From an uncultured Candidatus Saccharibacteria bacterium (GTDB lineage: Bacteria; Patescibacteriota; Minisyncoccia; Phycocordibacterales; GWA1-40-21), in contig CAZLRP010000002.1 in assembly GCA_964562105.1 (NCBI GenBank), positions 19,222-83,221 on the forward strand: DNA of 64,000 bases, read 5' to 3'. This document shows positions 1-9,604 of the stretch, piece after piece (positions within the stretch are counted from its first letter, which is position 1; every line of letters starts with the position of its first letter). The position numbers and the translations under genes were made by a program. The notes under the pieces are model-generated. The model saw only the letters and a program-made list of their open reading frames with translations, had not been told where the DNA came from and ran no database searches.

Positions 1-1853
1 TCACTCGCAAAATCCCAAATTGATAATCCGTTTTCAACTTCCTTTTTCGCCTGTTCTTCCGTAAGCCAAATAGGCTCAATTGTTTTTTCGGAAACTATTA
101 CATTAATTTCATTTTTAGAAGCTAAGCATTTTTGCGCTATCAAAACAGCTTCGTTTGCATCTGCCGGAAAATATACATTTATAAAATCGTGGTGTTTTTG
201 CAAGACGCTATCTATAAAACCCGGGTTTTGGTGTGAAAATCCATTATGTTCCTGCCTCCATCCTGTAGAGGTTAAAATATAATTTAAGGAAGGAATATCC
301 CCGCGCCATTCTGTCTGTCGTGCCACTTTCAAGAACTTGCTGTATTGATCTGCCATGCTTCCTACTATAGGGATAAAAGCTTCATAGGAGGCAAAAACAG
401 CGAATCTTCCCGTCAAGATATATCCTTGGGTAAGCCCTTGTAGAGAATTTTCCGAAAGCATTTCTATAACCCTGCCATCACGTGACATATCCCTATCCCA
501 TGATTCTATCTTTCCTACGAAAGCTCTTGTGGTCTGAGTAAACATATCCTGCAATCTGTTTGAGTAAGTTTCATCGGGAGAAAACAATCTGAAATTTCTT
601 TTTTCTTTATTTAACCTTACAACTTCGGCAAAATATTCACCGATTTTTTTCATCGCGCCTGCGCAGACTTTTCCCGGACCTTCTATTTTTGTTTCAAATT
701 GATTTACCTCCGGCAAAATCAGATCGCGTGAATGATCCCCTTTTTTAATGCCAAAAGCTATCTGGTTGTCACCCATCCTTAAGCCTTCCCTTGGAACATT
801 TTCCAAAATATCTTGAGAAAAACCTCTTTGAGAGTCAAAAAGTTTTTCAAACTTGTATGACTTAAACCATTTTTCAACAGCTTTTAATTGGCTTTTATCC
901 GTTTTTACTTCTTTTCCAACGACTTGATGAGAGAGACAATTCCCTTCTATTTTTTCTCCCTTTCCTTCTATTTTGAAACCTTTTAAATATTTTATACCCG
1001 TCCAACCTTTTGGAGTTTTCAAAATAATCATCGGAAATCTTAAATAGTCTTCAAGTTTTCTGTTTGGATTTTCTCTGGCTTCTTTTTGGATAGCTGTTAT
1101 AGAAGCATACGCAACATCTAAAGCTTTTACCATTTTTTCATACACCTTATCGTTATGCCCTTCAACAATAATCGGCTCGTAGCCATAACCTTTGAATAAA
1201 GATTTTAGATCTGAATTTTTCATTCTTCCAAAAATGGTGGGGCCGGAAATTTTGTATCCGTTCAAATGGAATATCGGCAAAACTGCTCCGTTTTTTGCAG
1301 GATCAATAAATTTATTTAGATGCCATGCAGTCGCCGATGAAGCCGTTTCATTTTCTCCATCTCCGACAAGACAAGCAACAATAAGGTCTGGATTATCTAA
1401 AACTGCTCCGTATGATGTAGAAAGTGAATATCCAAGCTCCCCGCCTTCAAGAATAACACCTGGAGTTGCGGGACTTGCATGACTTGGAAAACCGTAGGGC
1501 CAGCTGAAATTTTTTGTGACATAAGCTATGCCTGCCTCATCTCTTTGTGCTTCTTTGTAATATTTAGCCAAAGTTCCCTCCAAAAATAAATTGGATTGAA
1601 TTGCAGGAAAACCGTGCCCAGGACCCAATACGAACATCATGTTTGCATTCGTCTTTTTAATTAAATTGTTCAGGCAAGCGTATGTAAAATTTATGCCCGG
1701 GCATGTTCCCCAATGACCCAAAAGCCTTGTCTTTATATCATCAAAGATTAATTTATCTTTTAATAAAAAATTACTCTGTAAATATATTTGGCCTGCGGAT
1801 AGATAATTTGTCGCACGAACATACTTTTTGATATTTTCAATTTCTTGTGACAT
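1..1853 (-). CDS. xfp: Phosphoketolase (XFP family), runs off the left edge; absent from the ORF track
   Basis: Minus-strand translation from ATG 1853: MSQEIENIKKYVRATNYLSAGQIYL...LLGHWGTCPGINF...GPGHG...EGGELGYSL...GDGE, the phosphoketolase TPP-binding motifs. Confidence 0.95.
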   Translation of the reverse strand, partial: MSQEIENIKKYVRATNYLSAGQIYLQSNFLLKDKLIFDDIKTRLLGHWGTCPGINFTYACLNNLIKKTNANMMFVLGPGHGFPAIQSNLFLEGTLAKYYKEAQRDEAGIAYVTKNFSWPYGFPSHASPATPGVILEGGELGYSLSTSYGAVLDNPDLIVACLVGDGENETASSATAWHLNKFIDPAKNGAVLPIFHLNGYKISGPTIFGRMKNSDLKSLFKGYGYEPIIVEGHNDKVYEKMVKALDVAYASITAIQKEARENPNRKLEDYLRFPMIILKTPKGWTGIKYLKGFKIEGKGEKIEGNCLSHQVVGKEVKTDKSQLKAVEKWFKSYKFEKLFDSQRGFSQDILENVPREGLRMGDNQIAFGIKKGDHSRDLILPEVNQFETKIEGPGKVCAGAMKKIGEYFAEVVRLNKEKRNFRLFSPDETYSNRLQDMFTQTTRAFVGKIESWDRDMSRDGRVIEMLSENSLQGLTQGYILTGRFAVFASYEAFIPIVGSMADQYSKFLKVARQTEWRGDIPSLNYILTSTGWRQEHNGFSHQNPGFIDSVLQKHHDFINVYFPADANEAVLIAQKCLASKNEINVIVSEKTIEPIWLTEEQAKKEVENGLSIWDFAS

Positions 1854-2034
1854 ATTCAATATTATAACAAATAATTAATAAAATTTATTTAAAACTAGTA
1901 TTGATATAATATCATATATTATTGAATATTTCTTCCAATAAAAAGTCTGGTGATGCCAGTTTATAAATATGATACAATACAAGCGTGCAAACAAAAGGTC
2001 TCAATATATTAGTCAAAAAAACAATTTTATAAAA

Positions 2035-2274
2035 ATGAAAGAAAATAGAAAAGATGATGATGTAGTAGATAATGCTATATCTGAGGCTGTAAAAAGTTTT
2101 TCTTCGCTGAAAGAAAAAAGTAAGAAGATTATGGACAAAGTTAAAAAAGAATGGGAAGAAAGCGAACCTGACAGAAAAATGATGAAAGAAGATATTAAGA
2201 AAGGAAGTAAAATACTACTTGATAAATCAATCAAACTCAAAAAAGATATTGAAAAGAAATTGGACTCAATTTAA
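2035..2274 (+). CDS. Small charged, helical hypothetical protein
   Basis: K/E/D-rich ORF; likely start MKENRK at 2035 (track ORF starts at 1969). Confidence 0.55.
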   Translation: MKENRKDDDVVDNAISEAVKSFSSLKEKSKKIMDKVKKEWEESEPDRKMMKEDIKKGSKILLDKSIKLKKDIEKKLDSI

Positions 2275-2326
2275 ATAAACATAAAAAAATACTATACTTT
2301 CTGCTTTTATTTATTATTTTAAAAAC

Positions 2327-2361
2327 AACCCTCATTCGCAACTAATTGCGAATGAGGGTTG
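2327..2361. terminator. Hairpin between convergent genes
   Basis: AACCCTCATTCGCAA-ctaa-TTGCGAATGAGGGTT perfect inverted repeat. Confidence 0.75.
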
Positions 2362-2369
2362 AGATTTAT

Positions 2370-2966
2370 TTAACAAAATATTTCAGCAAAATGATAAGGT
2401 ACTACTTCACGAACACCTGCGTTTTTATTGCAATAGTCGCCGTCCTTTAAAACTATTACGACTTTGCCTTCATGAAATCCAACGACAGGAACTCGTCCGT
2501 CAGATGCGCAATATGTTCCAGAACATATTGTCTGAGTTTTGATATCAAGATGTTCGCCACCAGTTTCTAGAAAATATTCAAGCTCTTGGACCATTCTCCC
2601 AATAAGACTGATTCCGCGAACTCCTTCTTCTCCAAGCATTCTGGCGGATTTGCCTCTGTGAATTTTATCAACTTCTTTTGTTTTACGGATCCATTTGGCA
2701 TAAGTGCCGTAATCTGGATTTCTGTAACTTATCAACCTACACGGACTAATCATATTGAGACACGGAAAATGATTACTACAGATTTCCAAAATATTAGCAT
2801 AAGTCAGACCACCATAAGTAAATAACAGTTTATCAAAATCCTCCTGCCCTGGTTTTTTGGTGGGAAGTACTATTTTTTCTATAGAACTATCAGAACTTCT
2901 CGGATACCATACTGGCCTAATTACTGGTTGCAGAACACCTAGCGAGCTACTTACATTATTTAACAT
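2370..2966 (-). CDS. Hypothetical protein, possible C-type-lectin-like C-terminus; own promoter and SD
   Basis: 198-aa ORF; AAAAAGGAG upstream of ATG; TTGACT/TACAAT promoter; C-term ELEYFLETGGEHLD...TICSGT..SDGRVP...GVREVV. Confidence 0.75.
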   Translation of the reverse strand: MLNNVSSSLGVLQPVIRPVWYPRSSDSSIEKIVLPTKKPGQEDFDKLLFTYGGLTYANILEICSNHFPCLNMISPCRLISYRNPDYGTYAKWIRKTKEVDKIHRGKSARMLGEEGVRGISLIGRMVQELEYFLETGGEHLDIKTQTICSGTYCASDGRVPVVGFHEGKVVIVLKDGDYCNKNAGVREVVPYHFAEIFC

Positions 2967-3148
2967 AATGACTCCTTTTTTAGTTTACCCTCATGGACGG
3001 CAAACCGATTTAGTTCAAAAAACTTCTGCTGGCGATTGTATAACTAATAGTGCATAAAAGTCAACAGTAAAAATGAGGGTTTGGCTTCTATTTTTAACTA
3101 AAATTCTTTTAAGAATTGCATTCTTTAAGCTTTACCTGAAGAATTGAA

Positions 3149-4819
3149 TTACAGATTTCTCTTCACAAAAAGCCTTACAATTCTTAATTCTTCGTAAGTA
3201 TAAGCGAGCCCCAGTTTATTTTTTATCGGTGAAAGCAAAAAATCGCGATTTTCTCCATAAAGTTCACGAAAAGCCATCCAGATTTTTTTGTACTTCCCTG
3301 TTGGGACTTCTTTTTTTAAATGATTTATATCAAAGGTCGGATCTTCTGTAATAATTTTTTCTATATGGTCTAAAATCGTTCCTATTTTTACTCCTTTGAT
3401 TTCTAAAATTTCTTTGAGTCCCATTCCTTGTATAAGCATATTTTTTGTTTCTTGCATCGGTGAGATTCTGTTCTTTTTCTTCTTATCAATCTTAGTTCCT
3501 TCTGGTGGAGCTACTTTTTTCAAAAATTCTTCCTGTTTTTGTTTTACTTCCTTATCTGATAGTAAATAAAACCACTGCTTATCAGAATCAGACATTTCCT
3601 TCAAATCTTCATCAAAAATCATTATATCTTCCCTCACCTGTAGTGCATTTTTATTTATTCCAAGGAGACGAAGGCCTTCAAGCGTGCGAACACGAGAAAG
3701 CGCAACATATCCCATTCCTTTTTCAAAAGATTTTGAAAGGTCCACTTCAACAGCATCCAAGCTCATACCTTGGCTTTTGTGCACTGTGATAGCCCAAGCT
3801 AGACGGAGAGGATATTGTGTAATCGTCGCTTTAATTTTTCCTTCTTCTTCAATAACCCAATTTACTTTTTCCGGAGTGATTATCTTCCCTGAAGTAAGCA
3901 TAATTTTCGGTCCATAATTTGAACATTCAATCACTTTTCCGAGAGTTCCATTTGCATATCCTTCTTCAAAATTATTTTTTACAAACATCACTCTGGCACC
4001 TTTTTTTAGGCGCAAAATTTCCGGTGCAAGACAACTTTTCTTCAACGCTTCCACGAGAGCCTTTCTTCCTTTATCTTCCATCTGATATGTAAAAATCTGG
4101 CCAAAAAGTTTATTAAGCTCACTGTCATTTATAGTATCCACATTTATATTATGGGTGTGGAGCTTCGTTGGTTCAATTCCCTCTTTTAAACAAGCGTTGT
4201 TTCTTGAATTTAAACAAAACAAAGATTCTTCAGAAAGATTATTTCCGCGAATTCCATTCAAAATTTTTATAAACTTATCTTCTTTGTGTCTATATTGCTC
4301 TTCCAAATAGCATATTTTTAAATCTAGTTTTTTCCAAGTTTCTGATTTATAGGAAAAATGAGATTCTTTTTCGCCCATTCTTGAAACTGGCGGAAGCTGA
4401 AAAAAATCTCCACAAAGTATCACCTGCATTCCACCGAATGGAAGCTGATTTCTTTTTAAATGTCTTGCAATTCTTTCTATCAAATCTAGCCGAAAATGAT
4501 GTAGCATTGAAACCTCATCAATAATCAAAACATCAGTATTTGCAAATCTGTCATGTAAATATTTTTTGCTTTCTAAATCCTCAAGATCGTATTCTGAAAG
4601 CTCATCGCGAATTCCAAGTCCGCTCCAAGAATGAATTGTCGTTCCACCCATATGTGTTGCGGCAATCCCGGTGCTAGCCGTAATACCAACTTCAACTCCT
4701 TTATTTTTAAGAAATTTTATATATTCGTTTAGAAGATGTGTTTTTCCGCTTCCCGCCGCTCCGGTAATGTAGCAGTTGTATCCCATCTTCAATATGTCCA
4801 GCGCATCCTTTTGGGTCAT
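3149..4819 (-). CDS. PIF1/RecD-like SF1B helicase with C-terminal HTH
   Basis: Walker A GAAGSGKT, IIDEVSM, GDFFQLPPV, AWAITVHKSQGMSL, YVALSR. Confidence 0.9.
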   Translation of the reverse strand: MTQKDALDILKMGYNCYITGAAGSGKTHLLNEYIKFLKNKGVEVGITASTGIAATHMGGTTIHSWSGLGIRDELSEYDLEDLESKKYLHDRFANTDVLIIDEVSMLHHFRLDLIERIARHLKRNQLPFGGMQVILCGDFFQLPPVSRMGEKESHFSYKSETWKKLDLKICYLEEQYRHKEDKFIKILNGIRGNNLSEESLFCLNSRNNACLKEGIEPTKLHTHNINVDTINDSELNKLFGQIFTYQMEDKGRKALVEALKKSCLAPEILRLKKGARVMFVKNNFEEGYANGTLGKVIECSNYGPKIMLTSGKIITPEKVNWVIEEEGKIKATITQYPLRLAWAITVHKSQGMSLDAVEVDLSKSFEKGMGYVALSRVRTLEGLRLLGINKNALQVREDIMIFDEDLKEMSDSDKQWFYLLSDKEVKQKQEEFLKKVAPPEGTKIDKKKKNRISPMQETKNMLIQGMGLKEILEIKGVKIGTILDHIEKIITEDPTFDINHLKKEVPTGKYKKIWMAFRELYGENRDFLLSPIKNKLGLAYTYEELRIVRLFVKRNL

Positions 4820-4842
4820 AGTGAAAATGATTATATCATTTT

Positions 4843-5529
4843 CTACTTACTTTTTCTCCACTCATCAATCAATTTATGATTTCCTGACAACAGAACTTTT
4901 GGAACACGATATTTTTTACCTTTATATTCCAAAACTTCAGGTCTTGTATAAATCTCACCGCTTGAAATTCTTCCTTCTTCAAGCGAAGCTTTGTTCCCAA
5001 GCACACCATCTATCTGTCTTGAAACACAATCCATGATAATCATTGCTGGAAGTTCGCCACCTGTGAGGACAAAATTTCCTACGGAAATTTTGTCCGTTTT
5101 GAATATTTTATTCACTCTTTCATCAATTCCTTCATATCTTCCGGAAATAATTATAATATCGGAATACTTTTTTGCAGATTCTTTTGCATAAGTGGTATCA
5201 AATTGTTTTCCTCTTGGACTTAAAAATATAATTTTGTATTTTGACTTTCCACTTTTAACTTTCAACTTTATAACTCTTAAGGCTTTTTCCAAAGCTTTAA
5301 GCACCGGTTCTGCTTGCATTACCATTCCTGGACCTCCACCATAAGGAATATCATCTACTCTTTTGTATGGCTTGTCTTTTTCTTTTTGCACTTTTGTAAC
5401 TTTTGCAAAATCACGTGGATTATAAAAAACTACCTTGATTTTCTTTTCTTTTATCGCGCGTGCCAAAATAGACTCATTTAAATATGAGCTGAAAGCCTCC
5501 GGAAATAATGTGATTATGTGAAATGTCAT
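4843..5529 (-). CDS. trmD: tRNA (guanine37-N1)-methyltransferase
   Basis: MTFHIITLFPE, DDIPYGGGPGMVM, GRYEGIDERV, VLTGGELPAM, LLSGNH. Confidence 0.97.
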   Translation of the reverse strand: MTFHIITLFPEAFSSYLNESILARAIKEKKIKVVFYNPRDFAKVTKVQKEKDKPYKRVDDIPYGGGPGMVMQAEPVLKALEKALRVIKLKVKSGKSKYKIIFLSPRGKQFDTTYAKESAKKYSDIIIISGRYEGIDERVNKIFKTDKISVGNFVLTGGELPAMIIMDCVSRQIDGVLGNKASLEEGRISSGEIYTRPEVLEYKGKKYRVPKVLLSGNHKLIDEWRKSK

Positions 5530-5578
5530 CGCCACAATAAAATACAACATAATTGATAAAATTACAAATCACAAACCT

Positions 5579-5692
5579 CAATTCAGCGATAGCGTAATTA
5601 CACACTCCAATCTTTACCGTTTGTACTTTTTTGTCAAAAAGGTCTTAGTGTCCTAATGCACCCACTACCCCAATTACGCTATCGCTGAATTG
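5579..5692. repeat. 21-bp perfect inverted repeat with 72-nt spacer
   Basis: CAATTCAGCGATAGCGTAATT (5579-5599) / AATTACGCTATCGCTGAATTG (5672-5692). Confidence 0.9.
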
Positions 5693-5715
5693 GTTTATTG
5701 TGTATACTATATGAA

Positions 5716-6102
5716 ATGAAAAAGATGAGAGATATAAAATACAAAGGTATTAGTGTTGGCGCTTTTGGTTTACCTAGACTAAACTCATTTTCAAAGCCTC
5801 CTGTACAAAAACCAACAAAAAGAATCTTTCATGCCACCTTTCTGTCAATTTTCGAAAAAGATGCAACGAAGAATTTGATAGTTATTTATGATATTCCGGA
5901 AGAAAAGAAAAAAGAAAGAGACTGGTTTCGTCGCCATTTAAAAAAATTTAATTATGTCATGATTCAAAGAAGTGTTTGGGTTGGTCCTTCTCCCCTACCA
6001 AAAGATTTTCTTAATTATGTAAAATCAATCGGCTTAAAAGATAAACTAAAAACTTTTAAATTAGCAAAACCTTATTCAGAAAATAGTAACAATATAGATT
6101 AA
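5716..6102 (+). CDS. Stand-alone Cas2-like / PaaX C-terminal-like protein
   Basis: LIVIYDIPE..K.ERDWFRRHLKKFNYVMIQRSVWV matches the Cas2/PaaX ferredoxin-like pattern; TATACT 7 nt before ATG. Confidence 0.75.
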   Translation: MKKMRDIKYKGISVGAFGLPRLNSFSKPPVQKPTKRIFHATFLSIFEKDATKNLIVIYDIPEEKKKERDWFRRHLKKFNYVMIQRSVWVGPSPLPKDFLNYVKSIGLKDKLKTFKLAKPYSENSNNID

Positions 6103-6107
6103 ATTTT

Positions 6108-6127
6108 ATTTACGCTATAGCGTAAAT
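6108..6127. repeat. 20-bp perfect palindrome related to the 5579-5692 repeat
   Basis: ATTTACGCTATAGCGTAAAT shares the TTACGCTAT core. Confidence 0.85.
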
Positions 6128-6229
6128 GAAACGATTATCTCACCAAATTTTCTTCTAGGTTTACATTAATAAAAGTTATGCTAATCTAATAAACGGAAGA
6201 TTTAACAAATCGATTTAAGGGGGTGTATT

Positions 6230-6511
6230 ATGGAAGAGAAAATGGAGAAAAAAGACGTAGACGCTCTTGCTATTCTTTTGGAAAAAGTGGGATATGATAA
6301 TCCTGAAAAACTCATAGAAAAAGAGCTTATTCCGCTCGCAATCAAAGAAAGCTGGTCTTTACGCAAAGCCCTGAACAAATATGCAGATGCATATTTAGGC
6401 GAAAAGACAAATTGGCACCAGCTTCGTATAGCCCTGAATCACATCAGTTCTGCAGACTTAAACGTATTGGCTATCAATGAAGTCGTTATTAAAAAACCAC
6501 CCTGGTTATAA
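6230..6511 (+). CDS. Hypothetical protein in an SD-led cassette
   Basis: 93 aa; AAGGGGGT before ATG; hairpin AAAAAACCACCC/GGGTGGTTTTTT overlaps the stop. Confidence 0.7.
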   Translation: MEEKMEKKDVDALAILLEKVGYDNPEKLIEKELIPLAIKESWSLRKALNKYADAYLGEKTNWHQLRIALNHISSADLNVLAINEVVIKKPPWL

Positions 6512-6577
6512 GGGTGGTTTTTTTAATTATTAAATACAAAAGGCGCGACCTTCGGTCGCGCCTTTTGATTTTTTATT

Positions 6578-6904
6578 TTATAACTTCAAATCTGCCATCG
6601 CCTCATCTACAGTTTTTGTAGAAGGCTCTTTTGAAAGAGTCGTCATTCTTGGCGCGCTTCCTTCAGGCTCTTCAATTTTCAAGTTTACTCTTGAATTGTT
6701 TTTCATTCCTACAACTCTTAATAGAGTTCTTATTGCTTTTGCTGTGTTGCCCGATCTCCCTATAACTTTGCCCATATCGGCATTATCCACAACAAGGGTC
6801 ATCAATACGCCCATTTCATCCACTGTTCTGGTAATTTTTACTTTTTCTGGAACATCAACTAAAGCCTTAACAACGAGTTCAAGAAATTTTGTATCGTTCT
6901 CCAT
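6578..6904 (-). CDS. khpA: KH-domain RNA-binding protein (KhpA/YlqC)
   Basis: LVVKALVD.PEKV, DMGKVIGRSGNTAKAIRTLL (GxxG loop); next to rpsP. Confidence 0.93.
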   Translation of the reverse strand: MENDTKFLELVVKALVDVPEKVKITRTVDEMGVLMTLVVDNADMGKVIGRSGNTAKAIRTLLRVVGMKNNSRVNLKIEEPEGSAPRMTTLSKEPSTKTVDEAMADLKL

Positions 6905-7054
6905 TGTGTTTAATTTCTGATTCTGATATTTACAGCAGTTCGACCGGTAATTTATAAAATACTGCCTGCACATATATTATCACAAGTAAAAAACTCTGCA
7001 ATTATTTTAACAACAAAAATCTGCCTGTTTTCACAGGCAGATTTTAGAAGATCT

Positions 7055-7486
7055 TTATATTTCAGCTTTTATTTCTTCTTTTGGCAATTCCGTTGGAACA
7101 GGTTCCGAAGCTATTACTGGAGTTTCTGTTGGAGTTGGCTCCGCCTTCGAAGCTTTTGCAGTGGCTTCAGTTTTCACCGCATCTTCTTTTGCTTTTTTTG
7201 CGTTTATAATTTTATTTTTGGGAAGTACATTTATTTTCTTTCCGGTGACAATTTTTTGGTCAACAAGAAAATTGTGAACTGTATCTGAAACTTGAGCACC
7301 TTTTGAAATCCAGTATTTTACTTTTTCTGCATCTACATGATTATTGCCTTTTCCTTTCCTTGCATCATAAGAACCCAAAACTTCAACGGCTTTCCCGCTT
7401 TTTGGTCCGAACTTCGAGTCTGTAAGCACGATACGAAAAGTTGGTTCATGAACTCTTCCTACCCTTTGTAATCTAATTATTAACAT
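7055..7486 (-). CDS. rpsP: 30S ribosomal protein S16 with low-complexity C-terminal tail
   Basis: MLIIRLQRVGR..EPTFRIV.TDS...GKAVEVLGSYD, GAQVSDTV. Confidence 0.97.
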   Translation of the reverse strand: MLIIRLQRVGRVHEPTFRIVLTDSKFGPKSGKAVEVLGSYDARKGKGNNHVDAEKVKYWISKGAQVSDTVHNFLVDQKIVTGKKINVLPKNKIINAKKAKEDAVKTEATAKASKAEPTPTETPVIASEPVPTELPKEEIKAEI

Positions 7487-7546
7487 AGACGCCATAGTAA
7501 CAAAATATTTCAAAAAAGCAAGGCTTATGCTATGCTTATTTCACAA

Positions 7547-9604
7547 ATGAAAAAGAATAACAAATTCTGGAAAGAGAGAAGAAAAGACAACCGAAAGACT
7601 GAACACTCTGGCAAATTAAGGATTCTAAGTGGTAAAATCAAAGCCATCCGAGGACATACAGCCTATTTTATATCTGATATAAATAATATTTCAGTCGAAA
7701 TTTCTACAAGACAGATAAATACTGCAATGGCTGGAGATAAGGTTGAAATTAAGTTATTTAAAAAAAATAAAGCTGGGGTCCACGAAGGTGAAGTGGTAAA
7801 AATTCTAAGTCGCGCAAAAAATTATTTTGTCGGAACTATTGAATTGTCTGCCAAAGGTGTACTTGTGATTCCAGATGATAGAAGAATTAAAATTTCAGTA
7901 AAAATTACCCCGGAAAAAGCCATCGATTTAAAAAACAAGGATAAGGTTAGGGTAAAAATAATAAAATGGGTAGAAGCCCCTGCGTTTTCCGAAGGAGAGA
8001 TTGTAACTGTTTTAGGCAAAAAAGGAGATAATTCCACCGAGATGAATTCTATTGCGATAGATAAAGGTTTTGATATAGATTTTCCCGCGCAGGTTTTACA
8101 GGAATCCAAAAATATTTTCAATCAAAGCGCAAAAATTTCTTCCGAAGAAATCGCAAAGAGAAAAGATTTGAGAAATACGCTTACCTTTACGATTGACCCA
8201 AAAACTGCAAAAGATTTTGACGATGCAATTTCCTTTAAAAAACTCTCGAATGGAAATTTTGAAATTGGGGTTCATATCGCCGATGTATCTCACTACGTCA
8301 CAGAAAAAAGCGAGCTAGACAAAGAAGCTTATAAGCGAGGATGTTCCGTGTATCTTCCCGATAGAACGATCCCTATGCTTCCCTTTGAGCTTTCTGATAA
8401 CCTCTGCAGTTTGAGCGAAGGAGATGAAAAACTCGCCTTTTCAGCTATTTTTGAAATTAATCCTCATGCAAAAGTACTTTCAAAATGGTTTGAAAAATCT
8501 GTCATAAAATCTGCAAAAAGATTCACTTATGAAAGTGCCCAAGAAATTTTGAATGCAAAAACAGGTCAGCACTTTGAAGAGCTTAATACATTAAATAAAA
8601 TTGCAAAACTTTTGAGACGTGAAAAATTCCAAAAAGGCGCGATAGATTTTGAACAGGAAGAAATAGCTTTTGAACTAGACGAGGCTGGAAAACCTATAAA
8701 AATTTACAAAAAACAAAGACTTGATACTCACAAACTAGTTGAAGAATACATGCTTCTTGCAAACAAAGAAGTTGCTGAATATGTCTATAAATTTGAGAAA
8801 AAGTCCGGTAAACTGTTCCCTCTTCCGTATCGTATTCACGATTTTCCAGACAAAGATAGAATTTCCGAGCTCGCAGTTTTTGTAAAAGCTTTGGGACATG
8901 AGCTTATTATCGGAAAAACAGGAAGCATTACAGGAAAAGATATGCAGGCACTTTTTGCTCAAGTAGAAGGAAAAGCTGAAGAATCACTTGTAAAAACTGC
9001 TGCGATTCGCTCAATGTCAAAAGCAATCTACTCAACAAAAAATATCGGACATTTCGGACTGGCCTTTGAATATTACGCACACTTCACCTCGCCTATCAGA
9101 AGATATCCTGATCTTTTGGTTCACAGGATTTTGCAAAAAATACTTAGCAAAGACCGCAGTCAAATAAAAAGCCAATTTGACGGGGCAAGAAATATCGCCC
9201 ACGAAAAGTCTGCTGACCTCGTGGCAAGAGAAATAAATCTGGTATTTTACGAGAAAGCTTGTTCACACAGTACAGATCAAGAAATAAAAGCTTCCGAAGC
9301 AGAACGTGACGGAAGAAAATACAAACAAATAGAATATATGCAAGATAAAGTTGGAAAAACTTTTGACGGTATTATTACCGGCGTCACTGAATGGGGTATT
9401 TATGCGGAAGATTCGCAAACTAGAGCGGAGGGTATGATAAAGCTTTCTTCACTCGGAGATGACTTCTATAAACTTGATGCAAAAACTTATTCTGTAATCG
9501 GAGAAAAAACAAAACAAGTTTATTCGCTTGGACAAAAAGTAAAAATTAAACTAGTTTCTGCAGATTTAGACAAAAAGCAGATGGATTATGAAATAATTAG
9601 CTAA
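7547..9604 (+). CDS. rnr: Ribonuclease R
   Basis: FTIDPKTAKDFDDA, VHIADVSHYV, HFTSPIRRYPDLLVHR, C-terminal S1 domain. Confidence 0.96.
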   Translation: MKKNNKFWKERRKDNRKTEHSGKLRILSGKIKAIRGHTAYFISDINNISVEISTRQINTAMAGDKVEIKLFKKNKAGVHEGEVVKILSRAKNYFVGTIELSAKGVLVIPDDRRIKISVKITPEKAIDLKNKDKVRVKIIKWVEAPAFSEGEIVTVLGKKGDNSTEMNSIAIDKGFDIDFPAQVLQESKNIFNQSAKISSEEIAKRKDLRNTLTFTIDPKTAKDFDDAISFKKLSNGNFEIGVHIADVSHYVTEKSELDKEAYKRGCSVYLPDRTIPMLPFELSDNLCSLSEGDEKLAFSAIFEINPHAKVLSKWFEKSVIKSAKRFTYESAQEILNAKTGQHFEELNTLNKIAKLLRREKFQKGAIDFEQEEIAFELDEAGKPIKIYKKQRLDTHKLVEEYMLLANKEVAEYVYKFEKKSGKLFPLPYRIHDFPDKDRISELAVFVKALGHELIIGKTGSITGKDMQALFAQVEGKAEESLVKTAAIRSMSKAIYSTKNIGHFGLAFEYYAHFTSPIRRYPDLLVHRILQKILSKDRSQIKSQFDGARNIAHEKSADLVAREINLVFYEKACSHSTDQEIKASEAERDGRKYKQIEYMQDKVGKTFDGIITGVTEWGIYAEDSQTRAEGMIKLSSLGDDFYKLDAKTYSVIGEKTKQVYSLGQKVKIKLVSADLDKKQMDYEIIS
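9157..9192 (+). repeat. 36-bp palindromic element inserted in frame in rnr (SQIKSQFDGAR)
   Basis: Identical to 43962-43997 inside asnB. Confidence 0.92.

Noticed and set aside
1192-1482. Plus-strand 96-aa ORF
   Set aside because: Antisense shadow of the phosphoketolase gene
5579-6127. CRISPR-Cas locus suggested by the Cas2-like gene
   Set aside because: No direct-repeat/spacer array and no cas1 or effector genes in the window; flanking repeats are inverted, not regularly spaced
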